Below, piece by piece: positions 43,901-51,731 of a stretch of 64,000 bases of DNA. The notes under the pieces were generated by a model. That model made no database searches. It saw only the letters and a program-made list of their open reading frames with translations, and was not told where the DNA came from. The number at the start of each line of letters is the position of its first letter. The first letter of the stretch is position 1. Origin of the DNA: Clostridiales bacterium (lineage in GTDB: Bacteria > Bacillota > Clostridia > Christensenellales > UBA1242); the NCBI GenBank assembly GCA_015055745.1, contig SVHS01000002.1:62534-126533 (forward strand), written 5' to 3'. Both the position numbers and the translations under genes were made by a program.

Positions 43901-44927
43901 CAACACTGTAGTTAAAGTTTATATTACACCATTGTTCTAGCGTACCAAGATAATTCATATTTGTGAGATTAGTACAACCACTAAATGCAAAATTCGTAAT
44001 CTCTGTCAATGTACTTGGCAAAACAATGGAAACTAAAGATGTGCAACCTAAAAATGTTAAATTTCCTATCTTTTCTACACCTTCTAGAGTCAAGTTTTCA
44101 ATATTTGTATACTGGAACGCATATTCCCCTATTTCTTTTACTTGACTAGGTATAGTAAAATCTGCTGGCAACCCTGTACAATTTGCAAATGCATAGTCTC
44201 CAATATATTCCAAAGATTCTGGGAAAATCACATTTGTAATTCCTTCACAATAATCAAAAGTACCACTTTCTAGTCTAGTGACCCCCTCAGGTATTGTCAC
44301 TTCTCCTACTATATCCACTCCTTGGATTGTCAACATCTTTGTGATAGCTGTAGGCGTAGATACTAAGTCAATAGCACACCATTGCTCTAATGTACCAAGG
44401 TAATTCATCTTTGTTAAGTTAGTATTGTTTCCAAAAGCATTTATTTCTACAGTAGTTAGACTAGCTGGTAATTCTATACTTTCTAAAAGTTTTGCTTCTC
44501 TAAACGCATTTTTCTTGATTGTGCTCAATCCGTTAGGCAATCTTATATTTGTCAATTTTTGATCATTTTCAAATATTGATTCACCCAATGTAGTGGTAGC
44601 CACACCGTCAGCATTGGCATCTGGTACATATATTGTATAGCTATCTAGTGTATCGATGATAGCCTGACCTGCTTCCGAGATGCCTGTGATAGTATCTCCA
44701 TCGTATGTAAAGTGCTCTGGTAAATACAAATCATACAAAGTCTCTTCTGTCAAACTCATTGCATTAATATTATATTGACTTTGAGCAGGAGCAACAGCCG
44801 TCACATTCGCGGCACTGACATCTTGATATGAAAAATTATTGTGTAAGCAAATTCCCACACCAGCCACACACGCACTGATAGAACACAATGCTGTAGCGAT
44901 TATTTTGTTTATGCCCCTCTTTCTCAT
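34989..44927 (-). CDS. Giant (3312 aa) surface protein: BspA-type leucine-rich repeats plus a long array of ~80-90 aa beta repeats and a C-terminal anchor
   Basis: Signal peptide; L..I.LP..L..I...AF LRR_5 units; repeated Y.G....P......L....DY.V.Y....N.G......G.GNY.G; TM followed by KRKRR. Confidence 0.88.
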   Translation of the reverse strand: MRKRGINKIIATALCSISACVAGVGICLHNNFSYQDVSAANVTAVAPAQSQYNINAMSLTEETLYDLYLPEHFTYDGDTITGISEAGQAIIDTLDSYTIYVPDANADGVATTTLGESIFENDQKLTNIRLPNGLSTIKKNAFREAKLLESIELPASLTTVEINAFGNNTNLTKMNYLGTLEQWCAIDLVSTPTAITKMLTIQGVDIVGEVTIPEGVTRLESGTFDYCEGITNVIFPESLEYIGDYAFANCTGLPADFTIPSQVKEIGEYAFQYTNIENLTLEGVEKIGNLTFLGCTSLVSIVLPSTLTEITNFAFSGCTNLTNMNYLGTLEQWCNINFNYSVANPTYYTKKLIIQGEEVKGHIDITQDFANGQFTFVNCEDIDSVAFGDNVTRVNSGIFEGTGITQIILPESVNYIGGAAFKNCSNLVSVAINFDDYIGLGFDTFDGCENLENIIFKNSTVYNKILNLDVFSEYTNDITYEVKLNYIEKGSTTTITKLYNRALTWTKANDGTWDNLTTVSPLPSSGTNTSWRLADGTEATESAILSMLSDSELEDEIDITLVTDMNSSTVGVLFADNVEYNGQTNVPTTYLTDLATNEPLVYGVDYEMVLSDTTDYVNVGSKSFVIRGKGHYSGELSFNYFITPFELVYTVDRDSCTGTTTITYGDGAPTLESIVFVNMGGYVIELPADGIAITYRGTPTVGGDYAYVLTGSGNYMGSTTIPITVNPKDINNVSVDDIPDYDYTGSAITPEPIVKDTINGETKTLINGTDYIVSYSNNTNAGTAYITITGQNNYTSTKQISFEILQKSFSYLDVVINTNSFTYNGQIQTPAITSIKLGDFTINSGDYTVKYFLASDLANEAEPVNAGTYKMYIYPTDTLKYTDSKSIEFTINKASLVDANIQQNKSTFTYNAMAQRPTFTVIVNGRTLVENTDFEVSFDVDPINVGTYTCTFTGIGNNYTDEKTIEDMFSITALNITGATIVLEGSEYTYAGEAITPNVTSMTIGGVTVTDFDDFTISYTDNNSATTATVTIAPQDTNKNFTGSASTTFVIGKGAISSAVLSIDSATYNAKQQKPTYTVYSSTGVVLKENTDYKVTLSNDSFDYINAGSVTYTITGLNSFTGTITKIFTIAPYDISSISLSLADSEYDREENLPNITITDSNNNVLLDSDYTVKYYTDSERETEVTDVINAGTYYVSILGQGNYIGTIETTYIIEPKSIDSLSATVEGSYVYNGSAFTPDVVMKDGDYSLVKDTDYTLTYADNTAKGEATITITGQGNYTDSKTTTFTIASASFDTATVTLGGATGLVYNGKSQKPTSITVMIDGQTLTEDVDFTVSYPTDTTNAGEKTIVITSINANYSGTQKATYFIDQKVLSSGDGYTLEGFDDTVDYTGGSITFPSLKIYDNNLSSYLVSSDSYKDYTIAYQGNQEVGTATLTITGQGNYTDSIELEFSIEPLTIDTVTLSMSNTVYNGQTHNINITVKAGDVTLDADEYTVVYQRENNGGVWQNTTDFTSAGVIRVVVKSNSTNFVDASIDGKIGEIEILPATISTVTFKNNITYATYNISSLEDQIVIGAVKTENHLTLDADDYIVSYQREGTSGWQTTADFTSAGTIRVLVQAGDNLNYKGYAYADFVIYPKSINDDDITIRYYFVDENGNQVDQYGNASATEVYYDRETAGAQVYVGQLLAPEIIFNNGTTTETLNSNDTDYTYTIESKNHQFTDFKQVDTYVMSIVAEGNYTDTYSPEFQVVAAEFTSETIDITIIETVEATGAIKDKFIYDGQAITLSAEDIAVTYTKPGAEPIDLVWGTDFSVYDYTGELTLENENGEKYTVDVVNGYAQNINAGTAMVFLQGLGENFQETYVCKHFTIYPYTVIDDENSAVNVAIQDSDNRIYNGKPWTPGLSTATSTIEPNKNFTLEAGTDYTLTYDNNVNATNETNKAIAYVTFKGNYTGSLALKFNIKAKDISSTDVSLADIENKVYSGAEQKPEIDMTYEGMSLVESTDYNVAYKDSLGNEVSEIKNAGTYTIIINGTGNYTGTREIDFTIDKKLLSGITINKSEGEYFREAHDFTITVTDVDGSVVSDDEYTLKYYNEETEIFAPFVNAMTIAIKVVPNEDGNYYLADGSELNTQYIITPKDLSDLTIELSQDSYIYSGEENKPTVTILWNGEDITDEIGYSLAYSDHVNVGEATVTISAEDNNYTGSVDIPFTITKKKITSVTLSEDSVVYDGEEHTFTVAVYDNDGGVVYASEYNINYTDEEGEPVALPVTDVIKVKVQIVPKAKGNYELADSELYTTYEITQYDISDITPILTDSYTFTGNELVLDMSILDANGNTLATDDYTVTYYTDSVRETEATNVINAGTYYLTISGQGNYTSSIDAEITITPKAISEDMIYCGDHQAYQISGDDTGHWYIADQMYTGEAITPTLTIRYNGQTYETSELNYVGNTSEGLASITYTAPANGNFSGSVNIYFYIVKVGINQDNYTDYVDVEPIADQQYTGSAICPEIKISIGGNQLEKDTDFTVSFTNNTNVGTATVSVSFDDIASSKYSGGFIFTFEIVQRTLSNDMLAIIESKPYTGSEQTADITLTLGDYTLDLDDYTVKYYTDSERNDETTNVINAGTYYLTITGEGNFAGELKSTFTISAKNLEDSMLTIKPSDVIYNGSEQKTTLSMSYDTIPMVEGVDYEVEYDQTPINARAYTLTIRGQGNFGGTITTTYIITPKTITVEMFEAVTSQVYTGTQICPTLTIKETGLTANDYTVTYGENIAAGITGTIEITGKNNYASSARITFSISQRDISDAAITVGNISATTYNGTEQKATITLTSNGVDMTGNFIVTYYTDETRQTVATEIKNAGTYYLTISGQNGLTGSRTAEYVINPVVLTDDMLTAFASPNYDGLNKNPTITLTLSNGNKLTANDYTVIYKNSSGDEVSEIKYAGDYTVIISGQNNATGAITATYTVKKANPNVAPDIDLKDWLFYAGQDISKIKFDQDLGLGEIPYGGTKSSTYATQGMMKFDSKILIPGNNTVTWTFTPQSDSFEVVTGSMTIYAYVETEVIFGGQNTLVEGVNTNLNISVKAKYNNTILSSSLYTITYKDASGAVVQDINKSGRYTVIVAMTNTMYKIGGESETHVYVKASVLTSEIKGLYVESNAGFDEGVEIKIFTITEESEIKTYLGEVFDDIQNISHITVIKLMKNGKEFIHDNYTIYITDEFDLSGGGIYCFDGELTDVSRMIKNHDKAILALNDYAILVYAEKVVNNTLWIVLGIVGGLVLLIIIILTIYLVKRKRRQMIRQATITNTLPTSKTWHK

Positions 44928-45216
44928 ATTAGCCCCCTTAATAGAAGAAAATTTATTTACACTAATTATACTAAAATTTCAATTTATTAGCAATTATTTT
45001 ACATGAAATAATTAAAATTTTAATAGTATATTAAATATTAAAAAACTTTTATAAAATAGCATTTTACATTAATTTATAAAGATAAAAAAATATCTTTTAA
45101 AAATTATTATTTATAAAAATTATAAAAATATTTTGTTTTTATTAAAAATTATGTATTTTTTACTATTTTTTGCACATTTTCTATTTAATAAAAAAGATGA
45201 GCTTACGCTCACCTAA

Positions 45217-45723
45217 CTAAAAATCTTCATCACCATCATCGTCGTCATCATCATCTTCGTCGTCATCTATACCGTCTAGCTCAAAATCATCGTCATCGTC
45301 GTCATCGTCATCGTCATCTATCTCTTTTTCCATATCTTCATCAAACGCGAAATCATCATCGATGCCAGCTGTGTCTTCCATATCATCATTGTCGTAAGAA
45401 TCTACACGATCATCATCGTCGTCATCTTCTTCGTCATCATCGTCAGAAATATACTTGTGCCAATCCGCTACTTCTCTATCTTCTGCTTCTTCGCTCATCA
45501 CGATGCCTAGCTCTTGTTTGCAACTGTCACACACTTCTTCATCGCTTTGCACAAAATTGATCTTACAAATAGGACAAAGCTCAAGATCGCCAATATCATC
45601 ATCACTCGCCTCTATTAGCTTGAGCTCTTTTTTGCAGACATTACAATACTTGTCTGCCTTTTTGATATAATTCAATTCACAACGTGGACATAATATCCAT
45701 ACAGGTTTTGTAGACTTTGCCAT
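45217..45723 (-). CDS. Hypothetical protein with two C4 Zn-finger repeats and a poly-Asp/Glu tail
   Basis: CPRCELNYI.....CNVC and CPICKINFV.....CDSC; AAGGAG RBS; TAGACA-17-TATAAT promoter at 45749-45777. Confidence 0.8.
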   Translation of the reverse strand: MAKSTKPVWILCPRCELNYIKKADKYCNVCKKELKLIEASDDDIGDLELCPICKINFVQSDEEVCDSCKQELGIVMSEEAEDREVADWHKYISDDDDEEDDDDDDRVDSYDNDDMEDTAGIDDDFAFDEDMEKEIDDDDDDDDDDDFELDGIDDDEDDDDDDDGDEDF

Positions 45724-45875
45724 GTATACTCTCCTTCAAACTTAGTATATTATATCCACTTATAAAATGTTTGTCTACTGATTTTCACATTTTTAAAAAA
45801 CTTTTTTTCGACAAAAACTTGAAATTTGCGCAGAAAAAAAGAGTCCCAAGTCTTATCTCTCTTTTTTACATTGAT

Positions 45876-46622
45876 TTAAGCACCCTCGATTAGCATTTTA
45901 TCTGCTACGAGCGCGATAAATTCTCCATTGGTAGGCTTTTCGTTGGAAGAATATACCTTGATACCAAAAAGATTATTGATGTTTTCTATCTTACCTCTAT
46001 TCCAAGCCACTTCTATCGCATGACGAATAGCTCTCTCAACCTTAGATGCGCTAGTATCATATTTTTCTGCGATAGTAGGATAAAGTTTCTTCGTGATAGA
46101 GTTTATTATCTCTGGATTTGCTATAGCTAGCTTTATAGCCTCACGTAAAAATTGATATCCCTTAATGTGTGCAGGTATACCTACTGTAATAAATATATTT
46201 GTAATCTTTTCTTCTATCTGATTATTTGATTTTGAGTTAAAAAAAACATTAGTCTGAGATTTCTCAGGATTTACTATATCTGATATCCTGTCTTTCAGGG
46301 TTTCTATGTCAAATGGTTTGATACAATAATATTTTGCACCCATACTGATAGCTTTATTGATAAATCCATCTATAGATAGAGCTGACTGTATTACAATATT
46401 AGTCTTCTGACTCGCTTTTTCAAGGACCTTAAATCCATCGCTATCACGCAATACTATATCTGTCACTACCACGTCAGGATTATAATTAGTCACTAATGTG
46501 ATAAGCTCTTCTCCACTAGTGGTGGTAGCCAATACTTCATGATTTTCATCAGTAAAATGCTTTGTCATCTCATTTAAAATATTTTGATCTTCATCTGCGA
46601 GTATAATGGTAGTTTTTTTCAT
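45876..46622 (-). CDS. spo0A: Sporulation master regulator Spo0A
   Basis: Receiver domain plus GIPAHIKGYQFLREAI, ITKKLYPTIA, SKVERAIRHAIEVAWNRG, KPTNGEFIA. Confidence 0.98.
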   Translation of the reverse strand: MKKTTIILADEDQNILNEMTKHFTDENHEVLATTTSGEELITLVTNYNPDVVVTDIVLRDSDGFKVLEKASQKTNIVIQSALSIDGFINKAISMGAKYYCIKPFDIETLKDRISDIVNPEKSQTNVFFNSKSNNQIEEKITNIFITVGIPAHIKGYQFLREAIKLAIANPEIINSITKKLYPTIAEKYDTSASKVERAIRHAIEVAWNRGKIENINNLFGIKVYSSNEKPTNGEFIALVADKMLIEGA

Positions 46623-46760
46623 GTTTCCCCCTTAAAATTTGATGTCCATATTGTTTGTCGGACATAGCTCTATATTAGCAAAAAAGTGCGAAATATTAGT
46701 AAAAGAAATATCTATAAATTTGCTTATATTTAGATTTTTTTCATATATAAAAAACTATTA

Positions 46761-46767
46761 TGTCGAA
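46761..46767. promoter_or_regulatory. Spo0A box upstream of spo0A
   Basis: Exact TGTCGAA in the spo0A/sipL intergenic region. Confidence 0.6.
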
Positions 46768-46912
46768 TTTATTTCCCACTAGATGTCTAATCAAAAACTA
46801 TTTGCACATTTTTTATTTTTTCATGTGAGTTTTTTCTTATATTTACCGATTTTTAGTACTTTTCATCTTTCAATGTAGAAAAGATTTTTTATCTTTAAAT
46901 TTCACCAAAGTA

Positions 46913-46941
46913 TCATATTTCTTCTGCGTAAATTATACATT
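46913..46941 (+). promoter_or_regulatory. sigE-type promoter
   Basis: TCATA-16-TATACATT upstream of AGGAGG. Confidence 0.5.
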
Positions 46942-46961
46942 ATTTAAGGACAGGAGGTTGT

Positions 46962-48467
46962 ATGGAAGAAAACAACGTAAAAATCGCATACGCAAAAAAT
47001 CTAAATAAACTAAACTTCAATTCTACTATCAGCATGACTATTGATTCCAATGTAAATATAAAGAGTATCTTGGATATCAGTAGTTATCTTTTTGACCAAC
47101 GTGTAGAATGTGGCAGTGGCAAAGCTATCGTGACAGGAAAACTAGGTCTAAAAGTCTTATATATAGATACAGACAATATCACAAACACACTCTCAGACAG
47201 CCAGAGCTTTAGCGAAACTATTTTAGACAATAGTATTACAAGTGACTGCTATATAAATATTGCTAATACTAGTATCGCAAACCATATCTTATCTAGTGAC
47301 GGTACATTGAAAATTAATTGCGATATAAATATCGCCCCAATACTGTATCTAAATTTATCTATACACAACAATTTGACTGCTTTTGAGAGTATGATGGTAA
47401 AGAAAAGTGAATTGAATACAAACACTATCTCAAATCTAGTGGATACTAGCTTTGAATACACTACAAATATCGAGACAAAAGACCGTATCGCAAAGATTCT
47501 CTATCACAATGCTTACTTTTCTCCAGAAAAGACTACAGCAAACGAGGAATACGCTATCGTAGAAGGTAAAATATATAGTTCCCTTATCTACGAAGCTACA
47601 GAAGGAGAAGAGACTGTTATACGTCAACATATTGATACACATACAGTCAAAAGTGATGTAAATATCGCACATTTACCATCAGACTGTACATTGGACCTAT
47701 CTTTCTCTCTTGATAGATCTCGTGAAGATATCTCTACAGAGATGGAAGACGATACTTCTATCATCACTATCAAGCACAATATCAAAGCTACAGGTGTGGC
47801 TCTAAAAGAAATCACGATCGATGTTGTAGATGATGCTTACAGTACAGAAAATGAAGTAGAGCTTGCTCTATCAAATCGTGAATATACAAAAAGAATATTA
47901 AAAGATACTCTCAGCGAAGTCGTATCCAATGAAATCACTCTATCAGACAATGAAACTGCTATAGACGATATCCTTGCCAATCTAGACATCTCGCCAGAAA
48001 TCACAAATTCTTACATCAAAGATGAAACTTTGTATATCGAAGGTATAATATCTTCAAATCTAGCTTATATAGATGAAAATAAGGAATATAAGCATAAACA
48101 AATCGAGTCACCATTTATTATCAACACAAAAATCAATATGTCTACACTTCATTCCCTACACAACACTATCACAGTGACAGACTGCAAGACAAAAGCCAAG
48201 AGAGGTACTATTGTCGAGCTAGAGTATAGTTTATTTATCAGCCTTGCTATCTATGAAAAGGAATCAAAAGAAATGGTGGACAATTTTACCTTAGGCAAAC
48301 CTTATGACTTTGGCGCATATGATTATCAAATCTTCCTTGCTAAACCAAATGAGACTATCTGGGAGCTATGCAAGCGTATCAAAATCTCCACTGACGATAT
48401 CTACCAGTACAACAAAAATCTCCCTCTCATCATGGAAGGTGGAGAAAAGGTCGTCATCAAACGATAA
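46962..48467 (+). CDS. SPOCS (DUF3794) repeat spore-coat morphogenetic protein with C-terminal LysM-like domain (SipL-like)
   Basis: Three repeats with V.G......LY; C-terminal KPNETIWELCKR......I...N. Confidence 0.8.
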   Translation: MEENNVKIAYAKNLNKLNFNSTISMTIDSNVNIKSILDISSYLFDQRVECGSGKAIVTGKLGLKVLYIDTDNITNTLSDSQSFSETILDNSITSDCYINIANTSIANHILSSDGTLKINCDINIAPILYLNLSIHNNLTAFESMMVKKSELNTNTISNLVDTSFEYTTNIETKDRIAKILYHNAYFSPEKTTANEEYAIVEGKIYSSLIYEATEGEETVIRQHIDTHTVKSDVNIAHLPSDCTLDLSFSLDRSREDISTEMEDDTSIITIKHNIKATGVALKEITIDVVDDAYSTENEVELALSNREYTKRILKDTLSEVVSNEITLSDNETAIDDILANLDISPEITNSYIKDETLYIEGIISSNLAYIDENKEYKHKQIESPFIINTKINMSTLHSLHNTITVTDCKTKAKRGTIVELEYSLFISLAIYEKESKEMVDNFTLGKPYDFGAYDYQIFLAKPNETIWELCKRIKISTDDIYQYNKNLPLIMEGGEKVVIKR

Positions 48468-48494
48468 AAAAACGGTCGTATGACCGTTTTTTTT
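48465..48494. terminator. Bidirectional terminator
   Basis: AAAAAACGGTC-GTAT-GACCGTTTTTT between convergent genes. Confidence 0.85.
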
Positions 48495-49521
48495 AATTCA
48501 AATCCAAAGCTTCAGTGATTTTACCGCTAATATATAATCCTGCTCTATCGATAGGCACACGATTAGACACTACAGCGTCTACAGACTCAGTGATAGGCAT
48601 CTTGAGCTGTTTGTCATTACTCACACGAGCATTAAATCTAATCATATTTTTTATCAAAGCCTTTGCTGTCATGATACCTTCTACTGAGCCGACGTCTATA
48701 GTAGATTGTAGTATCTCTCTATCAGTAGTCTTCTGCTTTACTATCTGAGTACCAAAGGTTAAATTTTTACTATTTTTATCAAAGAGTGTCGCCTGAAAGT
48801 CTCCCAAAAAAGCCAAGCCCTGAGCAGATACTTCGTCTCCACCCATAGCGTTGATAAATTTACCTATTTCTTTTACTGACGCAGGCATTAATGGGCCTTT
48901 CTTTTGTTCTAGATTGCTCCCCTCGAGTATACCCGCAGCGATACCCATTACATTTTTAGCCGCAGCGCCTATTTCTGAGCCTACTATATCCTCACTATAT
49001 ACTAGATCTAATAGTCCAGGGTTTCTAAATTCATCTATGAGCTCCTTGGCAAAGTCTGGACGATACGCAGATATCAGCATATCTGTCGGCTGACCAGCAG
49101 AAATGTTTTGTACATGACCGGGTCCTACCCATACAGCTATATTTTCTTTATTGACACCATTGTCCATGACTATTTCACTCAGTCTCCTACCAGTAGTAGC
49201 TTCTATGCCTTTCATGGCAAGGATATATCGTTTTTTCTCATAGCCAGGCACAGCCTTTACTACTTGGAAAAAGCTATCCAAATGCTGACTAAGGATAGAT
49301 ATGACTACCACATCTCCATAATCTAGAGCCTTCTTCAAGTCGTGAGTAAAATCCACATTCTCAGACAATGTGACATATTGATTTTTACGAGTGGTAAAAA
49401 GCGTGCTTTCTGGCCTTCCCTCATGCTCACGCTCCCACATTAGCACATTATGATTTTTTCTATCCAAGCAAAGAGCAACACAAGACGCCCATCTACCTGT
49501 GCCCAATACACTAATCTTCAT
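48493..49521 (-). CDS. gpsA: NAD(P)H-dependent glycerol-3-phosphate dehydrogenase (GPGH-type variant)
   Basis: GxGxW Rossmann start, KGIE, GPGH, D..G.E..AAAKNV, LGD...T, VEG. Confidence 0.8.
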   Translation of the reverse strand: MKISVLGTGRWASCVALCLDRKNHNVLMWEREHEGRPESTLFTTRKNQYVTLSENVDFTHDLKKALDYGDVVVISILSQHLDSFFQVVKAVPGYEKKRYILAMKGIEATTGRRLSEIVMDNGVNKENIAVWVGPGHVQNISAGQPTDMLISAYRPDFAKELIDEFRNPGLLDLVYSEDIVGSEIGAAAKNVMGIAAGILEGSNLEQKKGPLMPASVKEIGKFINAMGGDEVSAQGLAFLGDFQATLFDKNSKNLTFGTQIVKQKTTDREILQSTIDVGSVEGIMTAKALIKNMIRFNARVSNDKQLKMPITESVDAVVSNRVPIDRAGLYISGKITEALDLN

Positions 49522-51043
49522 CAGCCTCTCCGCCGTTTTCTTGGTCTAGCGGTTTTGTGATAGGGAAGAATATAGTGTCACGGATATTTTCGCAGTCCAA
49601 TAAATGATAGATAAATACATCGATACCAAATCCGATACCAGAGATAGGTGGGAAACCATGCTCCATAGCCAAAATGTACTCTTTATCATAATCCATAGCT
49701 TCAGCGTCACCACGTTGTTTTGCACTAGCTTGCTCTTCAAAGTTTCTCTTCTGCTGGATAGGATTTACTAGCTCGCTGTATCCTTTCACCATCTCTTGAC
49801 CGTCGATAACTAACTGGAACATTTCGATAAGTCTATCATCTTTGTCATTATACCTAGCTAGAGGCACTACATTTGGATAATTGTAAAGGATAGTAGGCTC
49901 GATAATATTTGGTCTCATCTTCCTTTTGTATAATAGGTCAATGATACCACCTACAGTATATTGGTCAACCAATTCAAACTCTTCTAGCAAATCTTTTTCT
50001 CTTACTAGCTTTTTAAATTCATCTACATCAGTGATATCTAGTACATTAAAGCCCAATATTTCATTTAATGTAGCCACATAATCCATGCGAGGGAACTCAG
50101 TAGGTAATTCAATCACTCTATCACCAGACTTAAACTCATACTTACCAAATACATAATGACACACTTCTCTAAACATTTCAGTATAAAACTTGATACTGTC
50201 TTCAAAGTCCCAATATGCAGCATAGCTCTCTAGCATAGTAAATTCTTGCAATTTATCTACACACAAGCCCTCATTTCTAAAGTCTTTTGCTATCTCGAAT
50301 ACTTTGTCAAATCCACAAGCAATGACTCTCTTCAAGAAAGTCTCAGGAGATATTCTCAAGTTCATATCCAAGTCGAGCGCATTATGATGAGTCCTAAATG
50401 GTTTTGCCAATGCTCCACCTACAGCATTTTGTAATACAGGAGTCTCTACTTCTAAAAAGCCTTTTTTGATATAGAAATCACGGATAAACTGAGTCACTTT
50501 ACATCTTATTAGTATAGCATTTCTGCTCTTTTCATTTGATATAATGTCAAGATATCTCTGACGATATCTTGCGTCTGTATCTACCAAACCATGAAATTTC
50601 TCAGGCAAACCTCTTAGAGCCTTACTCAAAAGCTCAAATGTCTCCACTTGCACAGTCAATTCTCCAGTCTGAGTGCGCACTAGCTCACCATTGACACCCA
50701 CAAAGTCACCTATGTCACAAAATTCTTTAAATTTAGCCAAAGCTTCTTCACCCACAATATTCAATGAAAGACTAATCTGCACACTAGTACGGATAGAGTC
50801 AGTAAATTTTGCATCAAAATTGTCACCTATAGCGTAAATCTTGGCAAAAATAAGCTTTCCAAATGTCCTTTTGAAAGTCATTCTACCTGCCACACTTACC
50901 TTAGTGCCAAGCTCGTATTTTTCTAGATCATGTATCTCATGAGTCTTGTGAAATTTTGCCTTATATGCTTTTTCACCTTGAGATTCCAGCTTATTGATCT
51001 TCTCTACCTTGATATCAAATTCACTCAAATTCGTATTTTCCAT
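49511..51043 (-). CDS. lysS: Class II lysyl-tRNA synthetase (divergent)
   Basis: OB-fold anticodon domain, PEKFHGL.D..RYRQRYLD, EVETP, FRNEG, YSEL..P..Q, G.PP..G.G.GID; promoter TTGACA-17-TATAAT upstream. Confidence 0.88.
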   Translation of the reverse strand: MENTNLSEFDIKVEKINKLESQGEKAYKAKFHKTHEIHDLEKYELGTKVSVAGRMTFKRTFGKLIFAKIYAIGDNFDAKFTDSIRTSVQISLSLNIVGEEALAKFKEFCDIGDFVGVNGELVRTQTGELTVQVETFELLSKALRGLPEKFHGLVDTDARYRQRYLDIISNEKSRNAILIRCKVTQFIRDFYIKKGFLEVETPVLQNAVGGALAKPFRTHHNALDLDMNLRISPETFLKRVIACGFDKVFEIAKDFRNEGLCVDKLQEFTMLESYAAYWDFEDSIKFYTEMFREVCHYVFGKYEFKSGDRVIELPTEFPRMDYVATLNEILGFNVLDITDVDEFKKLVREKDLLEEFELVDQYTVGGIIDLLYKRKMRPNIIEPTILYNYPNVVPLARYNDKDDRLIEMFQLVIDGQEMVKGYSELVNPIQQKRNFEEQASAKQRGDAEAMDYDKEYILAMEHGFPPISGIGFGIDVFIYHLLDCENIRDTIFFPITKPLDQENGGEADED

Positions 51044-51147
51044 ATTTGCTCCTATTCCCTTATTTTATAGATTTTTTCGGTGTAATTATATCAATTTGTC
51101 ACCTAAATGTCAATGTTTTATATTATATTTATTTGATAAACAAATAA

Positions 51148-51245
51148 CTCTCAGGCTTCGCGGAAAATGTTTGCCAGAGCGACTTTAGCTTTATCTACCT
51201 AAGTGAAAGGTAAATTCCTCGAGTACCCACTGACTCAATACGCTA
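51148..51245. ncRNA. Candidate structured non-coding element of unknown family
   Basis: About 46% GC island (hand count) in a very AT-rich spacer, with three hairpins and no credible ORF. Confidence 0.4.
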
Positions 51246-51277
51246 TAAAAAAAATTAAGAATATATTTCTTAACTTT

Positions 51278-51574
51278 TTACTTCTTTAGTCCTGCTATAA
51301 AGCCTACGACTTTGGCACAGTCAGTGTCGCTCAATGTCTCTATGAGAGCTATCGCCTCTTGCTGACTCTCAGTGTATCTATATGACTTTTCTCGTATCAG
51401 GCTATCCAAACTTGTGTGAAATAAGTCTGCCAATTTTACCAATATCTCACTACTCGGCTCTGTCACACCACTCTCATAATTACAATACGTTTTTTGACTG
51501 ACTCCGATAATATTCGCTACTTCTTGTTGAGATAATTTTAAATTATTTCTATATTGTTTTAATCTCATTTTCAT
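51278..51574 (-). CDS. XRE-family HTH transcriptional regulator
   Basis: LKQYR....LSQ.EVA...GVS......YE.G..EP....L..LA..F..SLD.L. Confidence 0.93.
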   Translation of the reverse strand: MKMRLKQYRNNLKLSQQEVANIIGVSQKTYCNYESGVTEPSSEILVKLADLFHTSLDSLIREKSYRYTESQQEAIALIETLSDTDCAKVVGFIAGLKK

Positions 51575-51608
51575 ACTCCAAAAGTATTTTATGACACCAA
51601 TAATGAGT

Positions 51609-51717
51609 TTGCAATTTTTTACAAATTTTATATTATTTTTAGTAAAATTTTACCATTTTTGTTTGACTTTTAGTAATTTATTTCTTATAATATTTTTATA
51701 TTAGTAATTTTTTACTA
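51609..51717. promoter_or_regulatory. Four 16-bp palindromic operators (TAGTAA-N4-TTACTA) at 31-bp period, overlapping a sigA promoter
   Basis: Sites start at 51609, 51640, 51671 and 51702; TTGACT(51663)-17-TATAAT(51686). Confidence 0.75.
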
Positions 51718-51731
51718 CAAAAGGAGTTAAT

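Noticed and set aside
45217-45445. (TCA/TCG)n trinucleotide runs as a CRISPR or VNTR locus
   Set aside because: They are Asp codons of the acidic tail, with no repeat-spacer structure. I saw no CRISPR array anywhere in the window.
51148-51245. Lys T-box, lysine riboswitch or c-di-GMP-I riboswitch for lysS
   Set aside because: There is no GGTGGNACC T-box and no attenuator, the GGCAAAC similarity is only partial, and the element lies upstream of the lysS promoter.
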